Assembly (NCBI GenBank): GCA_035529155.1
Contig: DATKXF010000077.1
Span: 9,131-73,130 of the forward strand
Reading direction: 5' to 3'
Length of the DNA: 64,000 nucleotides
Source of the DNA: Methanomassiliicoccales archaeon
GTDB lineage: Archaea; Thermoplasmatota; Thermoplasmata; Methanomassiliicoccales; JAAEEP01
Below the pieces are notes generated by a model that was given only the letters and a program-made list of their open reading frames with translations, was not told where the DNA came from and did not search any database. Shown here piece by piece: positions 41,659-58,100 of the stretch (position 1 is the stretch's first letter; each line of letters begins with the position of its first letter). A program made the position numbers and the translations under genes.

Positions 41659-44600
41659 AAGAATTGCGAGATCTCGTAGAACTGTATTTTAAAGAGCGGA
41701 GCATAGTGAATCACCATATCGCTAGCTTCAACGACTTCCTGTCCACGCTCGATAACCCGAATTCGAGAATGCAGAAGATCGTGGACAACCTCCGTGTCTC
41801 TGCGGAGGATATCGACAGAGGAATAATCCGGCTGGACCCAGACCGCACCGATGGAAGGATCATCGAGATCCGGGTCGGTCGCAGGAGGGACGAGAAGGCA
41901 GGTTTGATCGATCCCCAGTCCCGCCCCACGGTGAATATCGACCTCCCGGTGGTCAGGGAGGCGAACGGATACACCCACAAGCTTACACCCATGGAAGCGA
42001 GGCTGAGGAATCTCAACTACCTGGCCCCCATCTATGTCGATTTCACAGTGATCGAGGATGGCATCGAGAAGGAGCCTGAACGCGTGCACGTGGGTGATCT
42101 CCCCATCATGTCCAGGTCAAAGAAATGCAACCTCTACAAGGAGAGCCTGGAGGAGGAGAGGGAACTCACCCAGGAGGAGTACGAGCGGAAGCTCATAGAG
42201 GAGGGAGAGGATCCCAGTGACCCTGGCGGCTACTTCATCATAGGTGGCACGGAGAGGGTCCTGATATCATTGGAGGACCTCGCTCCCAACCGTGTCATGG
42301 TGGAGTTCAACGAGCGCTACGGCACCAGGCTCGAGGTGGCCAAGGTCTTCTCCCAGAGGGAGGGGTACAGAGCCCTTACTCTGGTAGAGAAGAAGAAGGA
42401 CGGCATGCTGATGGTCACCGTTCCCGCCGCTTCAGGTCAGATTCCCCTTGTCGCGCTCATGAAGGCATTGGGGATGGACAGCGACGAAGAGATCTATCAG
42501 GCAATAGTGGGCGTACCTGAGATGGCCAACATAGTGTACGCCAACATTGAGGAGTGCCAGGACAGCAAGATGTTCCCGCCCAACGGCATTTTCACCACAG
42601 ACGATGCGCTGCTGTACCTGGAGAGGAAGTTCGCGACCGGCCAGGCCAAGGAGTACAGGGTGAAGAAAGTGGAGTCGATCATCGACCGCTCCCTGCTCCC
42701 CCACCTGGGCGACACTCAGGAGGACCGCCTCAAGAAGGCCATATTCCTGGGAAGGATCGCGCGATCAGTTCTGGAGCTTTCACTGGGCCTCAGGAAGGAG
42801 GATGACAAGGACCACTACGCCAACAAGAGACTCAAGCTATCCGGCGACCTCATGGAAGACCTCTTCCGCGTAGCCTACACCAACCTCATGAAGGACCTCA
42901 AATATCAGCTTGAGAGGAACTACGCCCGCAAGAAGGACCTGAGGATAGCCTCCGCAATCCGGCCCGACCTTCTCACCCACAGGCTACTCCATGCCCTGGC
43001 CACGGGAAACTGGGTCGGGGGAAGGGCAGGTGTTAGCCAGCTCTTGGACCGCACCTCCAACATGAGCACCATATCCCACCTGAGAAGGATCACATCATCA
43101 CTAACGAGATCGCAGCCGCACTTCGAGGCTCGAGATCTGCACCCCACTCAGTGGGGGCGGCTGTGCCCCAACGAGACCCCTGAGGGTCAGAACTGCGGTC
43201 TGGTTAAGAATGCGGCCCTCATCATCGATGTTTCCGAGGGCTTCAGGGAAGAGGACGTACACTGGTTGCTTCGTGACCTGGGAGTCAAGGAGGTCAAAGG
43301 ACAGCAACAGACCGGTACCCGTGTCTACGTCAACGGGGACCTGGTGGGCGTCCATGACAAATCAAAGGAACTCGTCAACGAGATCAGGCAGAGGAGGCGC
43401 TGCGGCCTTCTCTCCCATGAGATCAATGTTCGGCATGACGAGGAGATGGACGAGATTATCATCAACTGCGATGAGGGAAGGCTGCGCCGCCCACTTCTGG
43501 TTATTGCCAACGGAAAGACTGTCCTGACCAGGAGGCACCTGGAGAACATCCAGGATGGCAGGGCCAGATGGTCCGATCTTCTCCGGGACGGGGTCCTTGA
43601 ATGGCTGGACGCCGAGGAGGAAGAGGACTGTTTCATTGCCGTGGAGCCTTTCCACGTACCCGAACGATGCCCCAACTGCGCTACCGCACTATCACCGTCC
43701 GACGTGGATTGGATCAACCCTGGTGGCGAAGAGGGAAGCATCGTGCTTCAGTGCCTGCACTGCAATGGCCAGATCACAGTTCCGACCCTGATCGGCAAGG
43801 AGCACACCCACATGGAACTTGATCCCATGTGTATCCTTGGCGCCTGTGCAGGTTTGGTTCCATATCCAGAGCACAACTCCTCGCCAAGGGTGACCATGGG
43901 AGCGGGAATGGCCAAACAGTCTTTGGGTCTGGCCACATCCAATTACAGGCGCAGGCCTGACACCAGGGGTCATCTTCTACATTACCCCCAAAAGCCCATG
44001 GCCCAGACCAACACCATGGAGTTCGTGCATTTCAACGAGCGTCCGGCTGGACAGAACTTCGTCGTGGCTGTTCTGTCATACCACGGTTACAACATGGAGG
44101 ATGCGCTGGTCCTGAACGAGGCAAGCGTGCAGAGAGGCCTGGGACGGTCCTCCTTCATGAGGACCTACCGTGCCGAAGAGCGCCGATATCCCGGTGGTCA
44201 GGAGGACCACTTCGAGATACCCTCCCCCGATGTCAGGGGTGCGAGGGCGGACATGGCCTACACCAACCTCAGCGAGGACGGCCTGATATCGCCCGAGACG
44301 GCGGTGAGCGGCGGTGATGTTCTCATCGGGAAGACGTCGCCACCCAGGTTCCTTGAGGAGGATACCGATTTCCTGACTCCCCAGAAGAGGAGGGAGACCT
44401 CCATAACAGTTAGACCCGGCGAATCTGGCTGGGTTGACAGCGTGATGCTTACCGAATCCGAGAACGGGAGCCGACTGGTCAAGGTTAAGGTTAGAGATCA
44501 GAGGATACCGGAGCTTGGAGATAAGTTCGCATCCAGGCACGGCCAGAAGGGCGTGATAGGTCTGCTGGCACCTCAGGAGGACATGCCTTTCACCTCGCAA

Positions 44601-45253
44601 GGCGTGATTCCCGACCTGGTCATCAACCCCCACGCCATCCCGTCGCGTATGACCGTGGCCCATGTCCTCGAGATGATCGGTGGAAAGGTTGGGTCCATGG
44701 AAGCTCGCCTGGTCGATGGTACCCCATTCTCCGGAGAGACGGAGCAGGCTCTGAGGGAAGCCCTAGTGCGCAACGGATACAAGCACTCAGGGAAGGAGGT
44801 CATGTACGATGGACGTACAGGCCGCATGATTCCGGCAGATATCTTCATCGGTGTGATCTATTACCAGAAACTTCATCACATGGTCTCAGGTAAGTTGCAT
44901 GTTCGATCCCGTGGACCTGTTCAGATACTCACCAGGCAACCCACCGAAGGCCGGTCGAGACAGGGTGGCCTAAGGTTCGGAGAGATGGAGAGGGACTGCC
45001 TCATAGGCCATGGAGCGGCCATGGTCATAAAGGACCGTCTGCTCGACGAGTCGGACGGGACCATGCAGTATGTCTGCGGTAACCCCGACTGCGGGCACGT
45101 GGCCATGATGGACCGCAGGGGCGCACTGCGCTGCTCAGTATGTGGCAACAACACCAATGTCCACCTGGTGCAGACTTCGTATGCATTCAAACTGCTGCTT
45201 GATGAACTGCTGTCGCTTGGCGTTGCCATGCGACTTCAACTGGAGGATTTGCG

Positions 45254-45257
<4 letters not shown>
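41655..45257 (+). CDS. rpoB: DNA-directed RNA polymerase subunit B (Rpo2), unsplit
   Basis: 1,200 aa covering both B''-type and B'-type regions ('[18 protein letters not shown]', 'GRHGQKG'-like '[11 protein letters not shown]', C-terminal Zn motif 'CGNPDCGH...CSVCGN'). The GTG start overlaps the rpoH stop (GTGA). Confidence 0.95.
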
Positions 45258-49461
<4,204 letters not shown>

Positions 49462-49462
49462 T

Positions 49463-49744
49463 ATGATAGATATAGGAAGGGCTTTGAAGATAGCTGACTC
49501 CACCGGCAGGGTGGTATTCGGAGAGAGGGAGACTGAGAAAGCTGTAAGGTCTGGAGAGGCCCAGCTGGTCATCATTGCCAGCAATTACAAGAACGATTTC
49601 CTCACATCCGGTGAGCACGAAGTGAAGATGCACAGTTTCAAGGGCAACAACATGGAGCTGGGCGCCCTTTGCGGGAAACCCTTCTCCGTGTCGGCACTTG
49701 CTGTTGTTGACAAGGGTTCTTCCAACATTCTTTCCTTGGGATAA
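49463..49744 (+). CDS. rpl30e: 50S ribosomal protein L30e
   Basis: 'TGRVVFGERETEKAVRSGEAQLVIIASN' and 'LGALCGKPFSVSALAV'. Length is 93 aa. Confidence 0.85.
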   Translation: MIDIGRALKIADSTGRVVFGERETEKAVRSGEAQLVIIASNYKNDFLTSGEHEVKMHSFKGNNMELGALCGKPFSVSALAVVDKGSSNILSLG

Positions 49745-49745
49745 T

Positions 49746-50171
49746 ATGCCAGACATTACTTTCACCGCGGAAACCTTGAGGTACATCACGTTGTTCGAGA
49801 ACGTTACCAAGACCAGGGTCAAGGATTGTTTGGAAGCCGAGGACAAGCTGGTGTTCGTGGTTGAGCCGGGACAGGCCAACCGGGCCGTAGGAAAGGCCGG
49901 TGAGAACGTTATCCGGCTGAAGAATACCACCGGAAAGAACATCCAGGTAATCGAGTATTCCGACGAGCCAGAGAAGTTCATCAGGAACGTGTTCTACTCC
50001 TATGGAGTGCAGAAGGTGGAGATCGAGAGCCGGGGCAACATCGTCCATGCCACAGTAACGGTCGATCCCAAGGTGAAGGGGCGGGCCATCGGCAAGAACG
50101 GTCGCAATCTCAAGATCGCAAGGGACGTGGTCAACAGACACCACGACATCCAGAGCATCAGCGTGGCTTAG
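49746..50171 (+). CDS. nusA: archaeal NusA-like protein (two KH domains)
   Basis: 'RAVGKAGENVIRLK' and 'RAIGKNGRNLKIAR' are GxxG KH motifs. The ATG lies 2 nt after the rpl30e stop. Confidence 0.85.
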   Translation: MPDITFTAETLRYITLFENVTKTRVKDCLEAEDKLVFVVEPGQANRAVGKAGENVIRLKNTTGKNIQVIEYSDEPEKFIRNVFYSYGVQKVEIESRGNIVHATVTVDPKVKGRAIGKNGRNLKIARDVVNRHHDIQSISVA

Positions 50172-51243
50172 GACGAGCAGGATCGTTCAAGGGCTCCCTT
50201 TCCACCTCTAATCTATCGGCAGTGGGATATTCCTCCACAAGGAAAGCTGGCAGCTTCAGTTCTTGAGCTATCTCCTCGAGGACCCAGGGAGCCACTTCTA
50301 CCCTTCCCTTTTCAGGATCGATCCTCAAGAGGTCATCTGGCACATCATACTCTTCGACCAGCAGGTTGATCACCCCTTCCAGATCCTGGGACTCGATGAC
50401 CCCCTTGTACAGCGTTCCATCGTCCGTTATCACGTCGAGGGGAAGGGCTACGTTCTCTGCCCGCCTCATTATCCTTTTTCTGAGCTGGACCCTATCCTTG
50501 AAGCTGGAGGAGCAGTAATGCCTCGGGATATCCAGGTCTAGGTGTAGCATCTTTATGCCCAGCCCCTCGCTGCCCTCTACCGCGCTGGATATGTCATCCT
50601 TCACCTCGAAACCCCTCTCCAGGAGCGCGTCGCAGTTGGTCTCCGAGAATTCGAGCTCGTTGAGATTGACAAAGTCCAGGCCGATCCCATCAGCGTATCT
50701 CATCAGCGATGTCAGCCTTCCTTCCTCACCCGGTATCACGGGGACCTCCAGGCCGATGTCCATATCGATGGACCGGCGGAAGCTTCCGAGTTCGGAGGTC
50801 TCCATTCTATCCCAGAGGGCCAGCGGTGGATGTACCCTCATCTCGTCCAGGCCTGCCTCTTCGAGCCTCAGGTACGAATCCGCGTCTATGATCGAGGTGT
50901 AGAGATGGATGTGGTGGGAATCGCCGAACGCGTTCTTCAAGAGCCTGATGATCTCGACGGTCCTTTCAAGTTCCCAAAGGGGGTCGCCGCCAGTTATACC
51001 GGTCCCCTCCGCCTCGATGAGCCCGGCTTCCTCCAGGATGTCACTCTCATCCTTGACAAGAAGCTCGTTGGCGAACACGACATCCTTCCCCTTCTTCCTC
51101 ATGGAAAGAGGGCAGTAGAAGCACCCTGTCAGGCACCTTCCCGTGATTAGAAGGACCATTTTCGACCCTCGCTGGCAGAGCTCACATCCTTTTGGAAGGA
51201 GACCCACGAATGCGGAATCGGCCTCCATGTATTCTATAGCCAC
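50158..51243 (-). CDS. radical SAM protein related to pyruvate formate-lyase activase (COG2108-like)
   Basis: Canonical 'CLTGCFYC' (Cx3Cx2C) near the N-terminus, and a 'GGDPL' SAM-binding motif. Confidence 0.7.
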   Translation of the reverse strand: MAIEYMEADSAFVGLLPKGCELCQRGSKMVLLITGRCLTGCFYCPLSMRKKGKDVVFANELLVKDESDILEEAGLIEAEGTGITGGDPLWELERTVEIIRLLKNAFGDSHHIHLYTSIIDADSYLRLEEAGLDEMRVHPPLALWDRMETSELGSFRRSIDMDIGLEVPVIPGEEGRLTSLMRYADGIGLDFVNLNELEFSETNCDALLERGFEVKDDISSAVEGSEGLGIKMLHLDLDIPRHYCSSSFKDRVQLRKRIMRRAENVALPLDVITDDGTLYKGVIESQDLEGVINLLVEEYDVPDDLLRIDPEKGRVEVAPWVLEEIAQELKLPAFLVEEYPTADRLEVEREPLNDPARPKPR

Positions 51244-51356
51244 GGCTGAAAGAAAGCCGGGGCACTATTTATGATATCTCCTCCCACGCGGTGGCCTCTT
51301 TATAGTGGAAACTCCTACCCATCTTAGACCCTGAGCGGTCAAAGGGAGGACACTTC

Positions 51357-52016
51357 TTGAAAGAGGAATCCAGGTTAATTCTCGCCCTTGATGAGACCAG
51401 GAAGGGTAAGGCCCTTGAGGTGGCAGAGGAGGTCGCTGACCTCGTGGCGGCCATCAAGATCAACTGGCCACTCGTGCTCTCCTCCTCACCAGAGATCATC
51501 GATGAGCTCTCGCTCCTTTCAGATATCATATGCGACTTCAAGGTCGCCGACATACCCAACACCAACCGACTCATCGTGGAGCAGGCGGTAGCAAGAGGTG
51601 CCAAGGGCGTCATCGTTCACGGCTTTACCGGCAGCGATTCCGTGAGGGCTGCGGTCGAAGCAGCTGGGGATGCCGAGGTCTTCGTCGTCGTGGAGATGAG
51701 CCACCCGGGTGGGAAGGAATTCACCCAGGGCGCTTCGGAGAGGATCGCCAGGATCGCGAAGGAATCAGGCGCTGCGGGGGTGATAGCCCCCGCCACACGC
51801 CCCAACAGGATCAGGGAGATTCGTTCCATGGTCGGGGATCTCAAGATACTCTCGCCGGGCGTTGGTGCCCAGGGAGGGAGCGCCGCCGACGCCATTTCCA
51901 TGGGCGCGGACTTCGTCATCGTGGGAAGGGCGATATACCAGGCCGACTCCCCCAGAGCCGTAGCCGAGGACATATGCGAGGAGTCAAGGAGAGCTTGGGC
52001 AAACCGCCCCGATTGA
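51357..52016 (+). CDS. pyrF: orotidine 5'-phosphate decarboxylase
   Basis: 'LILALDE', 'DFKVADIPNT' and 'ILSPGVGAQGG'. TTG start 7 nt after a GGAGG SD. Confidence 0.85.
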   Translation: MKEESRLILALDETRKGKALEVAEEVADLVAAIKINWPLVLSSSPEIIDELSLLSDIICDFKVADIPNTNRLIVEQAVARGAKGVIVHGFTGSDSVRAAVEAAGDAEVFVVVEMSHPGGKEFTQGASERIARIAKESGAAGVIAPATRPNRIREIRSMVGDLKILSPGVGAQGGSAADAISMGADFVIVGRAIYQADSPRAVAEDICEESRRAWANRPD

Positions 52017-52118
52017 GGAAGTGTCCAGGCATGCACTCGAGGGGCATTCAGAATCCGGTAATCTATTTATATCGGGTCATTAATCAGATGGCACGATTTC
52101 CAGTAGGGAGACTGCACC

Positions 52119-55100
52119 ATGGCTAGGAATAGAGGGGCCAGAGAAAGGCCCCCGTCCACAAATAGACAGTCGATGAAAGCGGGCTTCAAGCCCCGCTTCC
52201 AGCGTTCATGGTTCGGCAAGAACTGGCACATCATTGCCATTCTGGCCACCATCTTGTTCATAGCGTTCTTCGTCAGGACATACTTCGGGTACTCGATCTC
52301 CGTGGATAACGGATACCTCGTATCCGGAGGATCGGACTCCTATTATCATGAGAGGGTAATCGATCATGTCATGAACACGGGCCAGCACCTGGTCCAAGAT
52401 CCCATGCTGAATTATCCAGGTGGGATGAGGAATGCGAGACCTCCACTCTATGACTGGTCCGTTGCCGTAACGGGGTCATTACTGAATGCCTTCGGTTTGG
52501 ATTCGTTCGATGCTATGGGCTTCGCTCTGGTGATGTCAACGGCATTCTGGGGAACTCTTACTATAATACCCGTCTTCCTGATGGGCAGGGCCGCCTTTGG
52601 CAACAAGGCGGGACTGGTAGCCGCACTGCTGTTCGCTATCATGTCAGGTCACATCCAGAGGAGCGTGATGTCCAACGCCGATCACGATGCAATGGTGCTT
52701 TTCTTCGCAGTCTGCTCCTTCTACTTCCTGATGCTCGCCCTGATGAATGTCAAGGGCAACAAGTGGGTCTCTAAATGGGGAGACACAAGCTCCATACGGA
52801 GCGGTATCCGAAGTTATCTGGGTCAGAACAAGATCTCCCTGCTTTACGCAGTTCTATCGGGAACCATGCTGGCGGCAGTGGCCATGATATGGACCGGTTT
52901 CGCCTACTTGGTGGTAATCGTTCTTGTCTACCTGCTCGTGCAGGTTCTGGTCAATCGCTTCAGGGACATAGACTCCATGGGCGTGGTCTTCACGGTGGGA
53001 TTGATGCTGCTGATGGGCTTTGCCATCATGGCTCCGGTCTACTACCAGATGAACTACTGGGACACCTGGTTCGACATTCCATTCTACATGTTCATGGCGG
53101 GTATGATCTTCGGTGGATACTTCGTGATCACCAGGGATTACCCCTGGACACTGACGATTCCGGTATTCATGATAGTGGGTGGAGGCGCCCTTTTCGTGCT
53201 GTCGTTCACCATGCCCAGCCTGTTCGAGGCATTGATAACTGGGCAGGGATACTTCGTCCAGAGCAAGCTGTACTCCACAATCTCGGAGGCACAGCCACCG
53301 GATTTCTCCAACCTGGTACTATCATTCGGAATCCTGACATTCTGGCTTTCATTTGCCGGCGTGATCTATGCGGCGATGAAGGTAGCGAAGGATACCAGCC
53401 CATACCTCATCTTCATAGTGGTGTGGAGTGGTGTCTCGATGTTCATGGCCATCTCAGCCGGGAGGTTCATGTTCAATGCGGCTCCGGCTTTCGCCATCAC
53501 GGCAGGTTGGATAGCCGCTATAATGATCGACTGGATCAACTTCCAGGACATTCCCAAGACCCTATCTGGCACGACGGGAAATCCCATCCAGGCCCTGAGA
53601 AAAGCGGTCAAATTGAGGCATGTACTGGGAGCGTTGTTCCTGGCATTCCTGATCATCGTACCCAATGTCTGGTTCGCGATGGACGCGGGAATACCATCGA
53701 ATTCCAAGGAGGAGTACTCGCAGCAGGTCTACGATGTCATGCCTAATTTCCTGAAACCACCCGATTACGATGTGGTCAACGGGACATCATGGTACTTCGG
53801 TGCATTCTCCTACAATATACCTCTTCCAACCAGCTACTGGCCATCGGCTTGGAGTTGGTTCAGTGAACGTGATAGTGACATCGTTCCAGAAGCGGCAAAA
53901 CCGGCATTCCTGTCATGGTGGGACTACGGTTTCGAGGCGGTGAGGGAAGGCAAGCATCCAACCGTGGCAGACAACTTCCAGAACGCCTACCAGTTCGCTG
54001 GACAGTTCATCACATGTCAGAACGAGGACTACGCCATCGCCATGCTGATCACAAGGACTCTTGAGGAAACAGGCGTTTCCGACAATCAGACCATCGTGGC
54101 AATCCTTGAGAGTTACGATGTCGATGTGGACAAGGTCAACGACATCATGACCAATCCATCAAAATACGTCAAGGTGGTCTTGGATCATCCCGATATCTAC
54201 GGACCATATGACAGCGATCTGAGCGCCAAGAACGCCGAGTACTCGGCGATGCAGGTGGAGCTGGCCGTTATCGGATCTGACAATCTGATCGACCTTTACC
54301 ACGACCTGAGGGAACAGACAGGCATCGATATAGGCTATTTCGCCATCGACGGCCGCCTGTTCCCCTTCACCGCTTTCGGATACAACATCTTCTACGCTCC
54401 GGCCTCGCTTTCCGATCACAGGACCGATCAGTTCAATCAGCCCTACGACTTCTACCAGATACTTGCAGTCGATCAGTACGGTGAGACGCACACATTCGAG
54501 AATGTCACCGCCGACATGGTCATCGTGGACTACACCATCGAGTACAAGGAGATGTTCTATGAATCCATGCTTTACCGCACGTTCATGGGCTACGGTCCCT
54601 ACGACATAGGATACACGAGCCAGGGAATCCCGGGTATCTCGGGATCCCTCGTCAACCTGCCGCCCATGCAGGGCTGGAACCTCACGCACTTCAGGATGGT
54701 TTACCGCACCGCGTACTACAACCCCTATCCTACGGCGCTGGTCCCTGATCACCCAGAGGCCTGGAGGGCTGTCTCATGGGAAGAGGCGGTCGAGCTTAAG
54801 GAGAAGATCGACGCCGGCGAGATAGACGGCATGGTGGACATGTCCGCCCCGACACTCGCCAGCGGCGTGGTCTTCGTTCAGTATTACGAAGGAGCGATAA
54901 TCGAGGGTACGGCCACCACTGAATCGGGCAAGCCTTTCGCCAATGCATGGGTGACCGTGCTTGACGACTATGGAGTGCCACATCACACGGTCAAGACCGA
55001 TGAGAACGGTCACTACAGCGCGATCATGCCTTTCGGTAACGTCACAATCGTATACTCGTACGGTGACCTCGATCTCAGGACCCAGGTCGCGGGAGAGCTG

Positions 55101-58100
55101 CTGATGGTCAACCACAACATCAGCTACTCTCAGGCCATGAGGGCGGAGGTCGATGCCGACAATGATGGTGTGTGGGATTACCACATCAACGGAGATGTGC
55201 AGATACCTTCCAGCAGCATTGACGGCACGGTGTTCTGGGACATAGACGGCGACGGGAAGTTCAACCCAACGGTCGACGAGCCAATGACCGACGCCCAGGT
55301 AATACTCAACGGCACCTCGATCGACTTCTACGAGGAGCAGGAGGTCGATAGCTCAGGCAAGTACCTGTTCTACTCGATACCTCCAATGACCGCTGACCTG
55401 TACGCGTACAACAAGGACCGCGAGCTTGGTCTGACAGTCCAGGAGATATTCCCGCTGGCAGATCGTACCGTCGACATCCCGGTCCGGCCCAACGCCATCA
55501 ACGGTACGCTGGTCTACGAGACTGGAGAACCCGCTTCCGGCGTTGTGGTGGAGATGGTGGACCTGATCAGCGGAGAGGTGACCAACAGGACGACCTCGGA
55601 GGACGGGGAGTTCCAGTTCGCCAAGCTGCTTCCAGGCAACTACTCGCTGAGACTTCGGAATCAGGCTGTCTCCATCGGGCAGCAGGTGTTCAATCTCGAG
55701 AACGGACGCAATGTAGACAAGACCTTCACGATCTACGACTCTATGCATATATCCGGTACGGTCAGGCTTGAGGGAACCATCACCACCAACGTGCTTGTGG
55801 GAGCGATATCCCCCACCACAGAGGTGTGGACCACCTCCGACTCCACCGGAAAATACTCCCTTCTTGTTCCAGAAGGCACCTACACCATCTACTCCATAGC
55901 GGTTAAGGCCGGTATCGAGTATGCCTGGATCGGTGCGACATCGGGCACAGGCGAGGTAACCGTGAATCCCAACCTGGTCAAGGGCAAGGTGATTACCGGG
56001 ACCGTCTACGAGGGAGGAGTGCCCTCGGCGGATACGGAGATCGTGTTCGAGGAAAGGACCAGCGGCGCCAGTCTCGCCCTGATAACCAATTCCAGCGGCG
56101 GGTTCAGAACGGTGCTGCCCACGGGAACCTACTTCATGTACTCTCACACGGACTCCCACGCAATCTGGCAAGATGTCTACATCTCTTCCACGAAGAGAAT
56201 GGATGTCTACCTCACCGAGGCCGTGCACCTCTCTGGAGTGGTATGGACCGACTCCAATGGGAACGAACTCATGGGAGACCAGGAGGGAATGGAAGGAGCC
56301 ACTATAACAGTGAATGATCCCGACGGCAGGGAGATCACATCGACCTCCGATCCCGACGGACAGTACCTGGTCACCCTGGTACCGGGGAACACCTACCAGG
56401 TGAGCTTCTCTTTCGATGGTTATCAGACGGTCGAAAGGGAGTACAAGCCACTGATGAAATCCGTGGATGAGGACATCGAGCTTGTTCCCGAGAACAGGAC
56501 CATCCAGGGAAGCGCCTTCTTCGATACCACGGCTCTGGATGACATCGAGGTTCGCTTCTACGCGGTCGGCGGAGGGGCGGTCAACGCATCCGTGATGACC
56601 GATGCTCACGGGCTATTCAGCATATCTCTTGCTCCCGGCCAGTACCTCGTACAGGTTGACCAGAACGTCACTCTGGGAAGCAACGCCACGCGCTGGCAGA
56701 ACTACACTACTCTGACAGTGGTCATCGGGGAGAACCCAGAACCACTTGACTTGGATGTGGTGAAGCGCGCTCGGGTCTACGGCGAGATCGTACCCGACAG
56801 GGACGTGATGACCTCCATAACCTTCGATGGACCGGAGACGAAGGAGATCAATGTTGACGGGACATTCGACATCTACCTCATTCCAGGAGTATACGACATC
56901 TATGCCTACTCTGAGAAGTTCAACGCCCGCTACGCCTCCCTGGAGAGAATGACGCTCGACCAGACATCATCACCCATCGTGATAATCACTGACAGAGCAT
57001 ATCCACTCGATGGCAGTCTGGTCTTCGGGGACGGACCTTTCCTGAAAGCGACACCGGTTTCCATATCCGATACAAGCGGAGCTACGCTCAGCATCAAGAC
57101 CAACAACATTGGCATGTTCACTACCTACCTGCTGCCGGGCATGTACGCGATCGAGGTCAACTACAGTGCTGTAGAAAGAATAGGCCTTGAACAGAGATAC
57201 CTCAGATACACGGGTTACAAGGAGGTCGACATGCTCTCTGGAACAGAGATCGACATCGAGCTCGACAGGGACTACGACAACTCCACCGTCAGCGGAATGC
57301 TGCTAGGAACGGATGGCAACCCAGTGGCGGGTTCCTTGACCTTCACAGCAAGATCGGAGACTTCGATGAACGCCTCCGCAACGGCGACCATGGCCGGTTT
57401 CGACCTGGAGATGGCGCCGGGCGAGTACAGCGTCTACGCCAAGCAGTTCGATGGGCCAGGTGCTTACCTGGGCGTGATCGAGATCGAGCCATACGAACCG
57501 AATCTCATAACGATCCAGCTTGAGTCCGGCCTGAGGTTCAGCGGAAAGACGATCTACAGCGGGGCCCAGGGTCCAGCAAGCATTCAGATCTCTGGCGATG
57601 GAACCGTTCACCTGGAAAGCGGACCCGACGGATCCTATGAGATATTCCTTCCCGGAGGAAGTTACAGCGTCACCTGTTCCGCCGAAGCTGTCGAACGTGA
57701 GATGGACGTCGAGTACCTCTCCTCCTTCGAGCTGGAGCTGGAGAGCAGTACCAGCAAGACCATAGAGTTGGAGAAGCAGGTGCGCCTCGGAGTGACGGTC
57801 CAATGGAATGAGCAGGAAAAGGCCACCATCCTGCCTGGCGAGAAGGCGGTCTACACCATCACGCTGGTGAACAACGGCAATGTGAAGGACACCTACGAGC
57901 TTTCCACGCTCTTCACCTCGTGGGACGTGGAGTTCTCCCAGGAAAAGGTCACAGTGGACTTCGGCAGCCAGAACTCGGCCGTGGTCACCGCTACGATCCT
58001 GACCCCTGCCGATGCCAAGGTAGAACACGCTAAGGTCAGGATATTGGCACAGTCGACCACGCAATCCAGTAAGTCCGGAAGCGTGGACGTGGATGTGAAC